Shown: positions 1 to 8,022 of the stretch, one piece after another
Numbering within the stretch: the first letter of the stretch is position 1
Layout of the letters: every line of letters begins with the position of its first letter
Origin: a virus
IMG/VR virus record: IMGVR_UViG_3300043788_000078
Location: 7,382 to 71,381 of that record
Reading direction: 5' to 3' (one strand)
DNA length: 64,000 nt
Made by a program: the position numbers and the translations under genes
Notes under the pieces: generated by a model
Told to the model about the DNA's origin: nothing
The model's database searches: none
Seen by the model: only the letters and a program-made list of their open reading frames with translations

Positions 1-895
1 AACCAAGGGCATGTGGACGGTCGAGACCGTCATCACGACCGGCGAGCACGCCGGCACCAAGCGCACGGGCAACATCACTGTGTCGCTGACCAAGAATGAC
101 GGGTCATCCAACGAGAAGGGCCTGGGCATGATGTTCAGGCAGCTCAGCTCCCTAGGCGTGCCGGTGCCTCCTGATCAGCAGCCGTTCTGGCAGCTTGGCT
201 GGACCGAGCAGCAGGTAGCGCAGTCCATGGTCGGCAAGCCGGTCATGCTCAGGATCACCGTCCGCGAGGCCGAGGGCGACTATCCCGAGCGCGACCAGAT
301 CCGGGACTTCCTCCCGCCGCGCCCGGGAGCCCCGCTCCAGGTGCAGCAGAAGCCAGGCTACGGTGCCGCGATGGGGTACGAGCAGAACTTCGCCGCTCCG
401 CCTCAGCAGCCGCAGTTCCAGCCGTACCAGCAGCAGGGACAGGACCCGTACGCGCAGCAGCAGCCCGCCGCGTACGGCCAGCAGCCGCAGAACGGTTACC
501 CGCAGCAGCCTCCGCAGGGAGGGCCGGCCGGGTACGGTGGTCAGCAGGGTACGGGTCAGACTGCCCCTGGGCCGTGGCAGAACGCGCAGCAGCCGGCAGC
601 CGGGCAGCAGCAGGTACCGGGTGCGCCATCGTGGGCGCAGCCGCCGCAGCCTGGCCAGGGGGGCACGGGCGAGTTCACGCCCCAGGGGCAGTCCCAGCAG
701 CCGTCCTTCATGCCGCCGGGTGGCCAGCAGCCGCCGCAGCAGAATCAGTGGCAGCCGCCGCAGTACCAGCCGCCGCAGGCGCAGTTCCAGTCTCCGCTGG
801 GGCAGCCGCCCCAGCAGCCGAACGGGTACCAGCAGCAGCCGCAGCCGCAGCAGCAGCAGCAGGGTGCCCCGGAACTTCCGCCGTGGGCGCAGTAA
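1..895 (+). CDS. SSB-like/DUF669-like protein with long Q/P/G-rich low-complexity tail (5' end probably truncated by window)
   Basis: Reading frame is open from the window edge. Beta-rich N-terminal part (GKPVMLRITV...QIRDF), about 180 aa of Q/P/G-rich sequence, and an SSB-like terminal ELPPWAQ. Confidence 0.55.
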   Translation, partial: TKGMWTVETVITTGEHAGTKRTGNITVSLTKNDGSSNEKGLGMMFRQLSSLGVPVPPDQQPFWQLGWTEQQVAQSMVGKPVMLRITVREAEGDYPERDQIRDFLPPRPGAPLQVQQKPGYGAAMGYEQNFAAPPQQPQFQPYQQQGQDPYAQQQPAAYGQQPQNGYPQQPPQGGPAGYGGQQGTGQTAPGPWQNAQQPAAGQQQVPGAPSWAQPPQPGQGGTGEFTPQGQSQQPSFMPPGGQQPPQQNQWQPPQYQPPQAQFQSPLGQPPQQPNGYQQQPQPQQQQQGAPELPPWAQ

Positions 896-908
896 GCCCG
901 TGACGGTG

Positions 909-1001
909 GGAGGGGATTCCCGCAGCAGGGCCTTCTGTCGCTTTGACCTGCGCGTGCCCGCGAAGCCGAGCGACGTCACCGGGCACGCGGGAATCCCCTC
1001 C
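909..1001. ncRNA. Candidate structured RNA (three-way junction with loop-loop pairing)
   Basis: Intergenic. 909-921 pairs perfectly with 989-1001, 925-929 with 947-951, and 952-960 with 980-988. Loop GTCGCT (937-942) is complementary to loop AGCGAC (969-974). Confidence 0.45.
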
Positions 1002-1011
1002 GAATTTTCCC

Positions 1012-1100
1012 TTGACGGGAATGGGCACGGCCCCTTAAGGTGTTGATAGAAGTACAGGGCACCGAGAAGCCCCGGATGTCATACCTGAGGGAGAAGATTC
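1012..1100 (+). promoter_or_regulatory. Promoter cassette copy 1: GGAAT-N19-GTTGATAGAAGTACAGGG, overlapping a TTGACG-N18-TAAGGT primary-sigma-like promoter
   Basis: GGAAT 1018-1022, GTT 1042-1044, short GGGC/GCCC hairpin, then GAGGGAGAAGAT before ATG 1106. Confidence 0.65.
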
Positions 1101-1105
1101 TGGAC

Positions 1106-2347
1106 ATGAGTGTTCAACTGGAAGCACGCAACGCGAGCGCGCAGGACCTGGTCGCGATCCTCAACGACCAGAAAGCGCGCAAGATCGACCTGGTGGCCCC
1201 CGCGAGGAACGTGTGGGCCAGGGACGGGCAGATCGTCGTCCGGGGCGCGGAAGCGCAGATCGACGACGACGGCGTCACCCCCGTCGACGGCACGTACCGC
1301 CCGACCGCCGTGTTCGACGACGGCCTGAGCGACAAGCTGGTCATCCCGCGCAACTACGTCCGCCGGCTCCGCGAGAGCCGTCCGGACATCCTGGACGCCA
1401 ACGTCAACGGCTGGCTGCACGGCCGGTCGCTGCGCGCGTCCGACGGCACGAAGACCGAGATCCACAAGCCCGACGAGCGCGCGTTCCTGCTCCGGCTGTT
1501 CCGGGGCGACGACGGCGGGAACGGCGTGGCCAGGGCCATGCTGTCCGACAAGTACGGCCTGTCCATGGACAACCTGGACATCCTGACCGCCGTCATGACC
1601 GGCATCCGCGACAGCGGCGCGCACGTCATCACGCGCGTCACCAACCTGTCCGAGCGCGGCATGCGGGTCCGGTTCGAGGCCCCCGACATCTTCGCGGAGG
1701 CCCCCGGTCTCCTGGAGGGGTACAAGAGCCCGTTCGACGGGCGCGGTGCCAGCAGGGCCGGGCTGTTCGACGAGCTGCGCCAGCAGTACGGCCAGCACCA
1801 CATCTTCGAGGAGAAGGACGCCCCCCTGGCGTTCATCGGCTTCGACCTGTGCAACAGCGAGACCGGCGGCGGCGCGTACACGCTTACCCCCGTGGTCGAG
1901 ATGGTCCGGTGCACGAACGGCTGGGTCGAGCGCAAGGAGGGCGTGCGCAAGGTGCACCTCGGCGCGCGGCTGGGCGAGGGACTGGTCAAGCCGTCCCTGA
2001 TCACGCTGCGCAAGGCCGGCGACCTGGTCGCCTCCGAGACCCGCGACGCGGTCACGCAGTGGCTGGACAAGGGCTACCTGGAGCGGCTGATCGAACGGCA
2101 CACGCGCGACGCGCAGACGCCGGTCGCCAGCCCGACGGAGACCGTGCCGGCCGTGTGCGCCTCGCTGGGGTTCACGCCGGACGAGCAGAAGGGCGTGCTG
2201 GACCTGTTCATCCTGAGCGGCCAGCCGACCGCAGGCGGCCTGGCCAACGCGGTCAGTGCCTACGCGCAGACGGTCGAGGACGTCGACAGGGCGTACGAGA
2301 TCGAGCTGCGCACCGTGGAGGCCCTGGAAGCCGCTGCGGCGAAGTAA
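1106..2347 (+). CDS. DUF932/DUF945-like protein
   Basis: Motifs ARAMLSDKY, NSETGGGA, VRCTNG, RKVHLG. ATG 1106 follows the extended RBS. Confidence 0.75.
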   Translation: MSVQLEARNASAQDLVAILNDQKARKIDLVAPARNVWARDGQIVVRGAEAQIDDDGVTPVDGTYRPTAVFDDGLSDKLVIPRNYVRRLRESRPDILDANVNGWLHGRSLRASDGTKTEIHKPDERAFLLRLFRGDDGGNGVARAMLSDKYGLSMDNLDILTAVMTGIRDSGAHVITRVTNLSERGMRVRFEAPDIFAEAPGLLEGYKSPFDGRGASRAGLFDELRQQYGQHHIFEEKDAPLAFIGFDLCNSETGGGAYTLTPVVEMVRCTNGWVERKEGVRKVHLGARLGEGLVKPSLITLRKAGDLVASETRDAVTQWLDKGYLERLIERHTRDAQTPVASPTETVPAVCASLGFTPDEQKGVLDLFILSGQPTAGGLANAVSAYAQTVEDVDRAYEIELRTVEALEAAAAK

Positions 2348-2429
2348 AGGGGGGAATCAGACGTGAGGACCCGGCCGGAGTTCCCGCTCCCTGGCCGGGC
2401 TCTCACCTTTTCTACTGGAGAGCACTGAA

Positions 2430-2741
2430 GTGCAGCAGACTATACCTACGCCCGGGGGAGAAGCAGGATACGCGGTCCTGGCCAGGCTCATCACCGCCTA
2501 TTTTGCGGTAAACCCGCCGGTAGACCCGCGCCAGGTCTACTCCTGGCACCACCGCGAGACGAAGAACAGGGACGGCGAGCCGTTCCCGGGACCGGTGTCC
2601 ACGGACACGGCCACGCTGCGCACGCAGCCCCGCTACCTGTTCTCCGTTACCGCCGTGCTGGACTGGTACGGCAAGGGAGTGCCGGACAGGAAATCCAACC
2701 AGCACAAGACCCGCTGGAAGGGGAATGGATCGGCACCGTGA
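2430..2741 (+). CDS. AlpA/excisionase-like winged-HTH DNA-binding protein
   Basis: QVYSWHHR...FPGP...YLFSVTAVLDWY pattern. Confidence 0.45.
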   Translation: MQQTIPTPGGEAGYAVLARLITAYFAVNPPVDPRQVYSWHHRETKNRDGEPFPGPVSTDTATLRTQPRYLFSVTAVLDWYGKGVPDRKSNQHKTRWKGNGSAP

Positions 2742-2790
2742 GGTGTTGATAGAAACTGTAGGGCTCACAGGGAGCCCGAGGGAGATGATG
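2722..2790 (+). promoter_or_regulatory. Promoter cassette copy 2 (GGAAT-N18-GTTGATAGAAAC, GGGCTC/GAGCCC hairpin, GAGGGAGATGAT RBS)
   Basis: GGAAT 2722-2726, GTT 2745-2747. Confidence 0.65.
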
Positions 2791-3165
2791 ATGAGCAGGA
2801 CATCTGAAGACAGGATCCGCAAGGTCAGCCTGGAGCAGGCCGTGCGGTACCTGGCCGGCCGGTCACGGTACACGGACGAGCAGGCCAGGGAGGCGATACT
2901 GGACCTGGACTACGACTGGAACAGCGGCGGTCAGACCCTGGCGACCGCACTGGGCGCGTACGTCACGCGGACCAGGGACGGGTACATCGTCCGGTACTCC
3001 GCCGTGCGCGAGCGCCGCGAGGAAGAGGCCGTGGACGAGCACTGGTGCCCCGAGTGCAACGCCGCTCCGGGCGTCGGGTGCTGCATGATAAGAGGCCACG
3101 GCACGCCCCGCCCGAAGACGAAGCACCCCCACGCCGGCCGTGTCAGGGAGGCCACGCGATCATGA
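2788..3165 (+). CDS. Hypothetical protein with C-terminal phage zinc finger
   Basis: CPECNAAPGVGC...HPHAGR. Start follows the RBS. Confidence 0.6.
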   Translation: MMSRTSEDRIRKVSLEQAVRYLAGRSRYTDEQAREAILDLDYDWNSGGQTLATALGAYVTRTRDGYIVRYSAVRERREEEAVDEHWCPECNAAPGVGCCMIRGHGTPRPKTKHPHAGRVREATRS

Positions 3166-3557
3166 GGCCGATGGAGGCAGTGCAGCTGGCCGGGAACCTG
3201 ACGTTCCGGCCGGGGTGGACGATTCAGGCCAGCGTCCTGGACGACCGCCGTGTCTACGTCGACTTCACGGTCAACACGGTCGACACCAGCTACCCGTCTG
3301 AGAACGGGACGTACGGCAAGACCATCACGCTCATGCCGGATTTCACGGTGGACGTGAGCGGCATGGACGCTGACCAGTTCCTGTACGAGGTCCTGCGCAA
3401 GGCGATCGAGGCCGACACGCACGAGGCCCGCGAGTTCCTGCGGGTAAAGCAGGCAGACGGCAGCTGGAAAGCGCCGTTTCACCCGCATAACGACGACGGC
3501 AATGTCAAATGGGAGATGGCCAGGCTGAATCACCTGGCCAGGAAACTGGGAGTGTGA
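3162..3557 (+). CDS. Hypothetical phage protein
   Basis: ATGA overlap with the upstream gene. Ends in HEAREFLR...APFHPH. Confidence 0.65.
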   Translation: MRPMEAVQLAGNLTFRPGWTIQASVLDDRRVYVDFTVNTVDTSYPSENGTYGKTITLMPDFTVDVSGMDADQFLYEVLRKAIEADTHEAREFLRVKQADGSWKAPFHPHNDDGNVKWEMARLNHLARKLGV

Positions 3558-3558
3558 G

Positions 3559-3789
3559 ATGAGGGTCTGGGACACCGAGAGCGGCAGGACGCTCGACGTG
3601 AGCCCCGTCTCGGCGGCGGCGGGCATGCTCAGGTATGCCCGCCGCTACCCGGCGGGAGGACCGGAGCGCAGCCTGTTCGAGCACGACGCGCTGGATATCC
3701 TGCGGGACGCGGCGACCGCGTGCGAGCATTGCGGGGCGTACGGAAGCCAGCCGCACGCGCCCTGGTGCCGGATAGCCGCCCAGGAATAA
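3559..3789 (+). CDS. Hypothetical protein with CxxC...H...C motif
   Basis: Tightly packed ORF with CEHCG...HAPWC. Confidence 0.55.
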   Translation: MRVWDTESGRTLDVSPVSAAAGMLRYARRYPAGGPERSLFEHDALDILRDAATACEHCGAYGSQPHAPWCRIAAQE

Positions 3790-3850
3790 CCGCACCGGAC
3801 ATGGTGTTGATAGAAGTACAGGCGCAGGGAGCGCCCCGAGGGAGAAGATC
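3783..3850 (+). promoter_or_regulatory. Promoter cassette copy 3 (GGAAT-N18-GTTGATAGAAGTACAGG, GGCGC/GCGCC hairpin, GAGGGAGAAGATC RBS)
   Basis: GGAAT 3783-3787, GTT 3806-3808. Confidence 0.65.
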
Positions 3851-4192
3851 ATGAGCACGAGGTGCAGCGTCCATTTCACGGACGAGGGCAGCGACAGGGT
3901 GCAGGCGAACGTCTACCGGCACTACGACGGCTACCCGGAGACCGCGCAGGCCGACCTGGCGCAGTTCTTCCGGGACGTGCAGGCCCAGACACCGGACACG
4001 CGGTTCAGTGACGCGAGCTACCTGGCGGCGAAGTACGTCGTCTGGCAGGCCGGGCAGTACGCGCGGGTTCCGGGGGAACTGGAGTTCACAGGGGTCGGAG
4101 TGCAGGTTAATGACCCGCTGGACATCGACTACGTCCACACCGTGGAATGCCGTGCCGAGGGACTGCCGATCGTCACGAGCCGGGAGGCGTAG
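3851..4192 (+). CDS. Conserved hypothetical phage protein (YRHYDGYP motif)
   Basis: MSTRC...VYRHYDGYPE motif seen in small phage early proteins. Strong RBS. Confidence 0.7.
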   Translation: MSTRCSVHFTDEGSDRVQANVYRHYDGYPETAQADLAQFFRDVQAQTPDTRFSDASYLAAKYVVWQAGQYARVPGELEFTGVGVQVNDPLDIDYVHTVECRAEGLPIVTSREA

Positions 4193-4194
4193 GC

Positions 4195-4416
4195 ATGAGA
4201 CTCGGCGGGAGCATCGGCCCGCGCCTGCTGCGCCTGAGCTGGACATACTGGCGCAGCAGGCCGCGCCCGCGCGGAAAGTCATACCACGGTACGCTGCGCG
4301 ACAGCCAGGGCAGGATCTACTGGACGTGCCCGCATGACCACCGGCGGCCGGACACGGCCGACGCGTGCGCGGTGCGGGAGCAGAATCGCAGGGCTAACAC
4401 AGGGAGAAGATCATGA
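4195..4416 (+). CDS. Hypothetical protein
   Basis: Packed ORF with WTCPHDHR...CA motif. Confidence 0.55.
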   Translation: MRLGGSIGPRLLRLSWTYWRSRPRPRGKSYHGTLRDSQGRIYWTCPHDHRRPDTADACAVREQNRRANTGRRS

Positions 4417-4973
4417 GCAGGATTTACCGGCCGGCGTCCAAAGAGGAGTCCGGCACCGAGTTCACGCACGAGAGCATCGAGCACGCCCTGATCAGCCACA
4501 AGGAAGCAGGCCTGATCCGGAGCTGGTGGCGCGACCCGCGCACGCAAGGGGCATCGGGCACGCGGACGGTCCCGCTGTACTGGGTGATGTCCTCAGACGG
4601 CAAGCCGATCGGCCTGGCGAACGTCTGGGAGGCCAGGGCGCTGCTGTTCGGCCTGTCCAGCGCCCGGCAGGAGCAGGAGCGCAGGGCGAACGCCGAGGCC
4701 AGGGCCCGTGAGGCGGACGCGGCCGAGCGCGAGCAGCGGCTCGCGGCCGAGCGCGCCGAGGACGAGCGCGTTACTGCCGCCGCCGGGTGCCCAGGGTGCG
4801 GCGCGCAGCCGGGCCAGCGGTGCACCCGCGACGTCCGCGACGACACGCCGTACGCGGCGCACCCGCACGCAGCCCGGCGCGACCGCGCGCGGACCAATAC
4901 CCCGGACGACATCCGGGAGCTGGGCAGCCAGGTCAGCGCCGTCCGGGCCGCGTTCGAGCGGCACTTCGGATGA
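4413..4973 (+). CDS. Hypothetical protein with phage zinc finger
   Basis: GGGAGAAGATC RBS. CPGCGAQPGQRC...HPHAARR, the same finger type as 2788-3165. Confidence 0.65.
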   Translation: MSRIYRPASKEESGTEFTHESIEHALISHKEAGLIRSWWRDPRTQGASGTRTVPLYWVMSSDGKPIGLANVWEARALLFGLSSARQEQERRANAEARAREADAAEREQRLAAERAEDERVTAAAGCPGCGAQPGQRCTRDVRDDTPYAAHPHAARRDRARTNTPDDIRELGSQVSAVRAAFERHFG

Positions 4974-5068
4974 TCAGCGCGAGGGAGTACATGGAGGCGT
5001 CCGCCGACCACCGCCGTCTCACGGCCGAGGAGGCGGCGGACGCCCGTGCCGGGAACACGGACCTGGAG

Positions 5069-5144
5069 GGAATGATATCCGTGCCCGTGGTGTTGATAGA
5101 AGTACAGGGCGCGGGAAGGACCCGGGGCCCAGAGGGAGCAGATA
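5069..5144 (+). promoter_or_regulatory. Promoter cassette copy 4 (GGAAT-N18-GTTGATAGAAGTACAGGG, hairpin, GAGGGAGCAGATA RBS)
   Basis: GGAAT 5069-5073, GTT 5092-5094. Confidence 0.65.
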
Positions 5145-5315
5145 ATGGACCTGGTAGACCGGCTCACCGGCCTCGATGAGGGCACGCTGAGCGAAGACGA
5201 AGAGACCGAGCTGTTCCAGCACCTGGTCGACACCGGCCTGGCCTGGAAGCTTCAGGGCAGCATCGGCCGCCAGGCGGCCGACATGATCGACGCGGGCCTG
5301 ATCAGGCCCGCGTGA
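5145..5315 (+). CDS. Small conserved phage protein (56 aa, below ORF-track cutoff)
   Basis: Hand translation MDLVDRLTGLDEGTLSEDEETELFQHLVDTGLAWKLQGSIGRQAADMIDAGLIRPA, with RBS. Confidence 0.7.
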   Translation: MDLVDRLTGLDEGTLSEDEETELFQHLVDTGLAWKLQGSIGRQAADMIDAGLIRPA

Positions 5316-5326
5316 GGGAGAAGATA

Positions 5327-5569
5327 ATGACTGAATTCAGGCCGCTCCGCGTGATCGCGGAAGACATCCGCGACCACTGGGCCAACGTGTATTTCGGCGC
5401 GGAGCCCTACATCCGGGCCATGAGCCAATTGGACACGGCCAATGACAAATACGGGCACGACGATGCCAGGGACATCGTGACCCGGTTCCTGATCAACGCC
5501 AGCGGATGGCGCGGCGAGGATGCCCGGCGCATCAAGGCCGAGCTTAAGCGGATCGCGGGAACCAGGTGA
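5327..5569 (+). CDS. Small conserved phage protein
   Basis: GAGGGAGAAGATA RBS. RPLRVIAEDIR...YFGAEPY...GWRGEDARRIKAELK. Confidence 0.7.
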   Translation: MTEFRPLRVIAEDIRDHWANVYFGAEPYIRAMSQLDTANDKYGHDDARDIVTRFLINASGWRGEDARRIKAELKRIAGTR

Positions 5570-5769
5570 CCCGGGGGACGCAAGCAGGGCGGGACGCGCT
5601 GGTGGCAGAGATCACCAGCGCCCGCGACCACGCCATATCGGCAGCCGCGTTCGGCGTCATCGACAGGGCCGAGTACCGCCAGGTCGTGGCCGCGCTGAAC
5701 ATCGCCAAGAAGACCCTGACCGGGGAAGAAGCCCCGGTCACCCGGAAGGAGACAGCATCTCGTGGATGA
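5566..5769 (+). CDS. Hypothetical protein
   Basis: GTGA overlap with the upstream gene. Confidence 0.55.
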   Translation: MTRGTQAGRDALVAEITSARDHAISAAAFGVIDRAEYRQVVAALNIAKKTLTGEEAPVTRKETASRG

Positions 5770-6004
5770 GGACAGCACCGGGCAGGCGCGCCGCGACATG
5801 ATCGCGAGCGGCCAGCCGCAGAAGGACCTCGCGGAGGCGCGGGACACCTGGACGACCGCCGAGCTGACGGAGGACTTCGATGTCCTCCAGTTCGCCGCCC
5901 CGTTCGTGCTCGCCCGCCGCAAGGACGACGGGAAGACGGGCATCCTGGAGTTTGCGCGCGGGGATGACGGTGTCCGCCGATACTTCGGGTGGAAGGAATC
6001 ATGA
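5762..6004 (+). CDS. Hypothetical phage protein
   Basis: WTTAELTEDFDVLQFAAPFV...G.LEF...RYFGW. Confidence 0.65.
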   Translation: MDEDSTGQARRDMIASGQPQKDLAEARDTWTTAELTEDFDVLQFAAPFVLARRKDDGKTGILEFARGDDGVRRYFGWKES

Positions 6005-6420
6005 AATACGACATAGCGAAATCCTGGCAGGCCGGCCCGCGCGTGCGGGTGGAGGTCGACACGACCGGGACCCTGCTGATCGCGGTGACAGGGTCGCCTG
6101 CCGGGGGCAAGGACAGGTACATCAGAGCCGACCTGCCGGGCGTCCTGGATAATGTGATCCTCAAGGCCAGGGCCTGGTCCGGGGAGGTGTTCCCCGGCGC
6201 GGAGCCCGGCCGTGAGGACCTGGCGTGGACATGGCGGGAGCGGGCCGAGGCATGGGACGCCCTGTACTTCGCGTACAAGCTGCCCGGGCCCCCGTCCGAT
6301 GGATCGCGGGTCAGCGAATTCCTGCACGACTGGAGTGAAGTCCGGCGGCTGGCTAAAGACGGGCACCGGCCGGAGCAGACGATCAAGGAGTACGCGAGGG
6401 AGTGGGAGCGATGGTGGTAG
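6001..6420 (+). CDS. Hypothetical protein
   Basis: ATGA overlap and AAGGA RBS. Confidence 0.55.
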   Translation: MKYDIAKSWQAGPRVRVEVDTTGTLLIAVTGSPAGGKDRYIRADLPGVLDNVILKARAWSGEVFPGAEPGREDLAWTWRERAEAWDALYFAYKLPGPPSDGSRVSEFLHDWSEVRRLAKDGHRPEQTIKEYAREWERWW

Positions 6421-6605
6421 TAAGGGCCTGGACGCTGGCGGCGCTTTCTGCCCTGGTGTTCGTCGTCCTGGCGGACACGCAGCACGATGCCTGGTACCTG
6501 GCGGGCGTAGCGTGGTGTGCAGGGATCGGGTACCTGAACTGGCATCTCCTGCGGCGGAATACGGCTATGCGCCGTGCGTGCCGCCGGGATGATCCAGAGC
6601 GGTAA
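6411..6605 (+). CDS. Small two-TM membrane protein
   Basis: Two hydrophobic stretches. Last gene before the strand switch. Confidence 0.45.
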   Translation: MVVVRAWTLAALSALVFVVLADTQHDAWYLAGVAWCAGIGYLNWHLLRRNTAMRRACRRDDPER

Positions 6606-6870
6606 CCGGCTTGCACCCGGTCAGAGGGTCCAGCGACGGGTCCGTTTCCGTCGCCGGGCCCTGCTGCATGTGCACTGCGGGGTTGCGGTGGTACTCCGGG
6701 TCGTGGCTCCACATGCCGCGCGGGTTGAGCAGGTCGAGCACGTGCGCTACGGACACGACCGCACCGGGGCCGGCGCTGCGCTGGTAGGACTGGAGCAGAA
6801 CGGTCACGCGCTCGACCGTCTCCGTGTCGGCGGACTGCTGGTCCGGGCGCTTCGGGGACCCGAATCTCAC
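6565..6870 (-). CDS. Hypothetical protein downstream of endolysin
   Basis: GTG overlapping the endolysin stop. Confidence 0.5.
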   Translation of the reverse strand: MRFGSPKRPDQQSADTETVERVTVLLQSYQRSAGPGAVVSVAHVLDLLNPRGMWSHDPEYHRNPAVHMQQGPATETDPSLDPLTGCKPVTALDHPGGTHGA

Positions 6871-7706
6871 GAGTGCTCGAACGGGACTGAGTAGTTCCAG
6901 GTCCCCAGCTCGTGGGTGCCCCCGGCAGCGCACTTGCCCGCGCCGTGGACGAGGCCCTGGCACTTGGCGCACCAGTGCCATCCGGATTGCGTGCCCGTGA
7001 CGGGCTTGCCCTCGGCGGGCGGGGTGGTTGTCACTGTTCCTCCGTATGCCAGCTCGGCCAGTTCCGTGATGGTGCCGTGGTAGACCGAGCAGTCCGCCGT
7101 GCCGACGCCGGGGACATCGTAATCATCGGTGAACTGCCAGAGTATGTGGGGACTGGCGGGCTCGGCCGTGGAATAGTCCGCCAGCCACTGGACGGGAAGC
7201 GCGCCGGCCGCCGAGCCGAAGTTCAGCCCGGTGTACGTCCACAGGTACTGGTCCCTGACGCCCAGCGTGATCATCTCGTTGTACCAGGCGGTGAGCATGG
7301 CGTGCTGGCCTTCCTCGAAGTCAGCGGTGATCACCTCGCCCTTCTCCAGGCCGCCCAGCAGCTTCATCAGCGCCTCGGCCTGCTCCTGGCCGCTCTGCCC
7401 GCTCACCAGGTACTGGTAGATGTTCAGGAACTGCGCGCCCCCGCTGTGCAGGTCCGCGCGCCGCGCTCCCCCGTACCAGGCCCCGTCGTCCTCGGCACCG
7501 CCGTACATGGCGCGGATGCTGATGCCCTTGCTCCACTCCAGGTATGCCGCGTCCGCGATGTCCGGCTGGAATTCGCTGATGTCCGCCAGGAGGGTGTACG
7601 TGCCCGTGAACGCCGGGGTCGCGGCCTCGGGGGCCGGCTGGGACGCTGCCGGGCTGCCGTCGCGGAACGGTGTCACGCCCGCCGGAATGACCGAGCTTGT
7701 ACTCAT
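6867..7706 (-). CDS. Endolysin, GH25 muramidase with C-terminal Cys/His motif
   Basis: ADISEFQ, ADFEEG, WLADY and WQFTD GH25 motifs. C-terminal QSGWHWCAKCQGL...CAAGGTH. Confidence 0.8.
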   Translation of the reverse strand: MSTSSVIPAGVTPFRDGSPAASQPAPEAATPAFTGTYTLLADISEFQPDIADAAYLEWSKGISIRAMYGGAEDDGAWYGGARRADLHSGGAQFLNIYQYLVSGQSGQEQAEALMKLLGGLEKGEVITADFEEGQHAMLTAWYNEMITLGVRDQYLWTYTGLNFGSAAGALPVQWLADYSTAEPASPHILWQFTDDYDVPGVGTADCSVYHGTITELAELAYGGTVTTTPPAEGKPVTGTQSGWHWCAKCQGLVHGAGKCAAGGTHELGTWNYSVPFEHS

Positions 7707-7722
7707 GGGACCAGGGTAGACC

Positions 7723-8022
7723 CTACTGGCCCGCCCAGTACTGCGAGAGCTGCTGGTCGAAGTTGTACTCAGTACCCTGGCTGGCCGTGCCGAAGTACAC
7801 GCCGGCCACGGTATTGAGGTATGCGATCGCGTTCACGGCGGTCGTGGCGTCGGCCGAGTCGTACGGGTCCGGCAGGCCCTCCAGGTATGTTTCCCCGCTT
7901 CCCTGCCCGTTGACCTGCATAGACAGGTTGACCACGGCCTGCATGACGTTGCGCATGCTGACCGTTAGCTGGGATATCAGCTGGTCTACCTGCGTCTTGC
8001 TGGACTGCTGCCCCACTGTCAT
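7723..8022 (-). CDS. Small fibre-associated protein (possible chaperone), paralog of 38649-38969
   Basis: Directly follows the fibre gene. GAGGAG RBS. Similar to 38649-38969 by eye. Confidence 0.6.
   Translation of the reverse strand: MTVGQQSSKTQVDQLISQLTVSMRNVMQAVVNLSMQVNGQGSGETYLEGLPDPYDSADATTAVNAIAYLNTVAGVYFGTASQGTEYNFDQQLSQYWAGQ

Noticed and set aside
909-1001. Known self-cleaving ribozyme or tRNA in the structured intergenic element
   Set aside because: No hammerhead core, T-loop or other recognisable catalytic consensus by eye. Kept only as an unclassified candidate.
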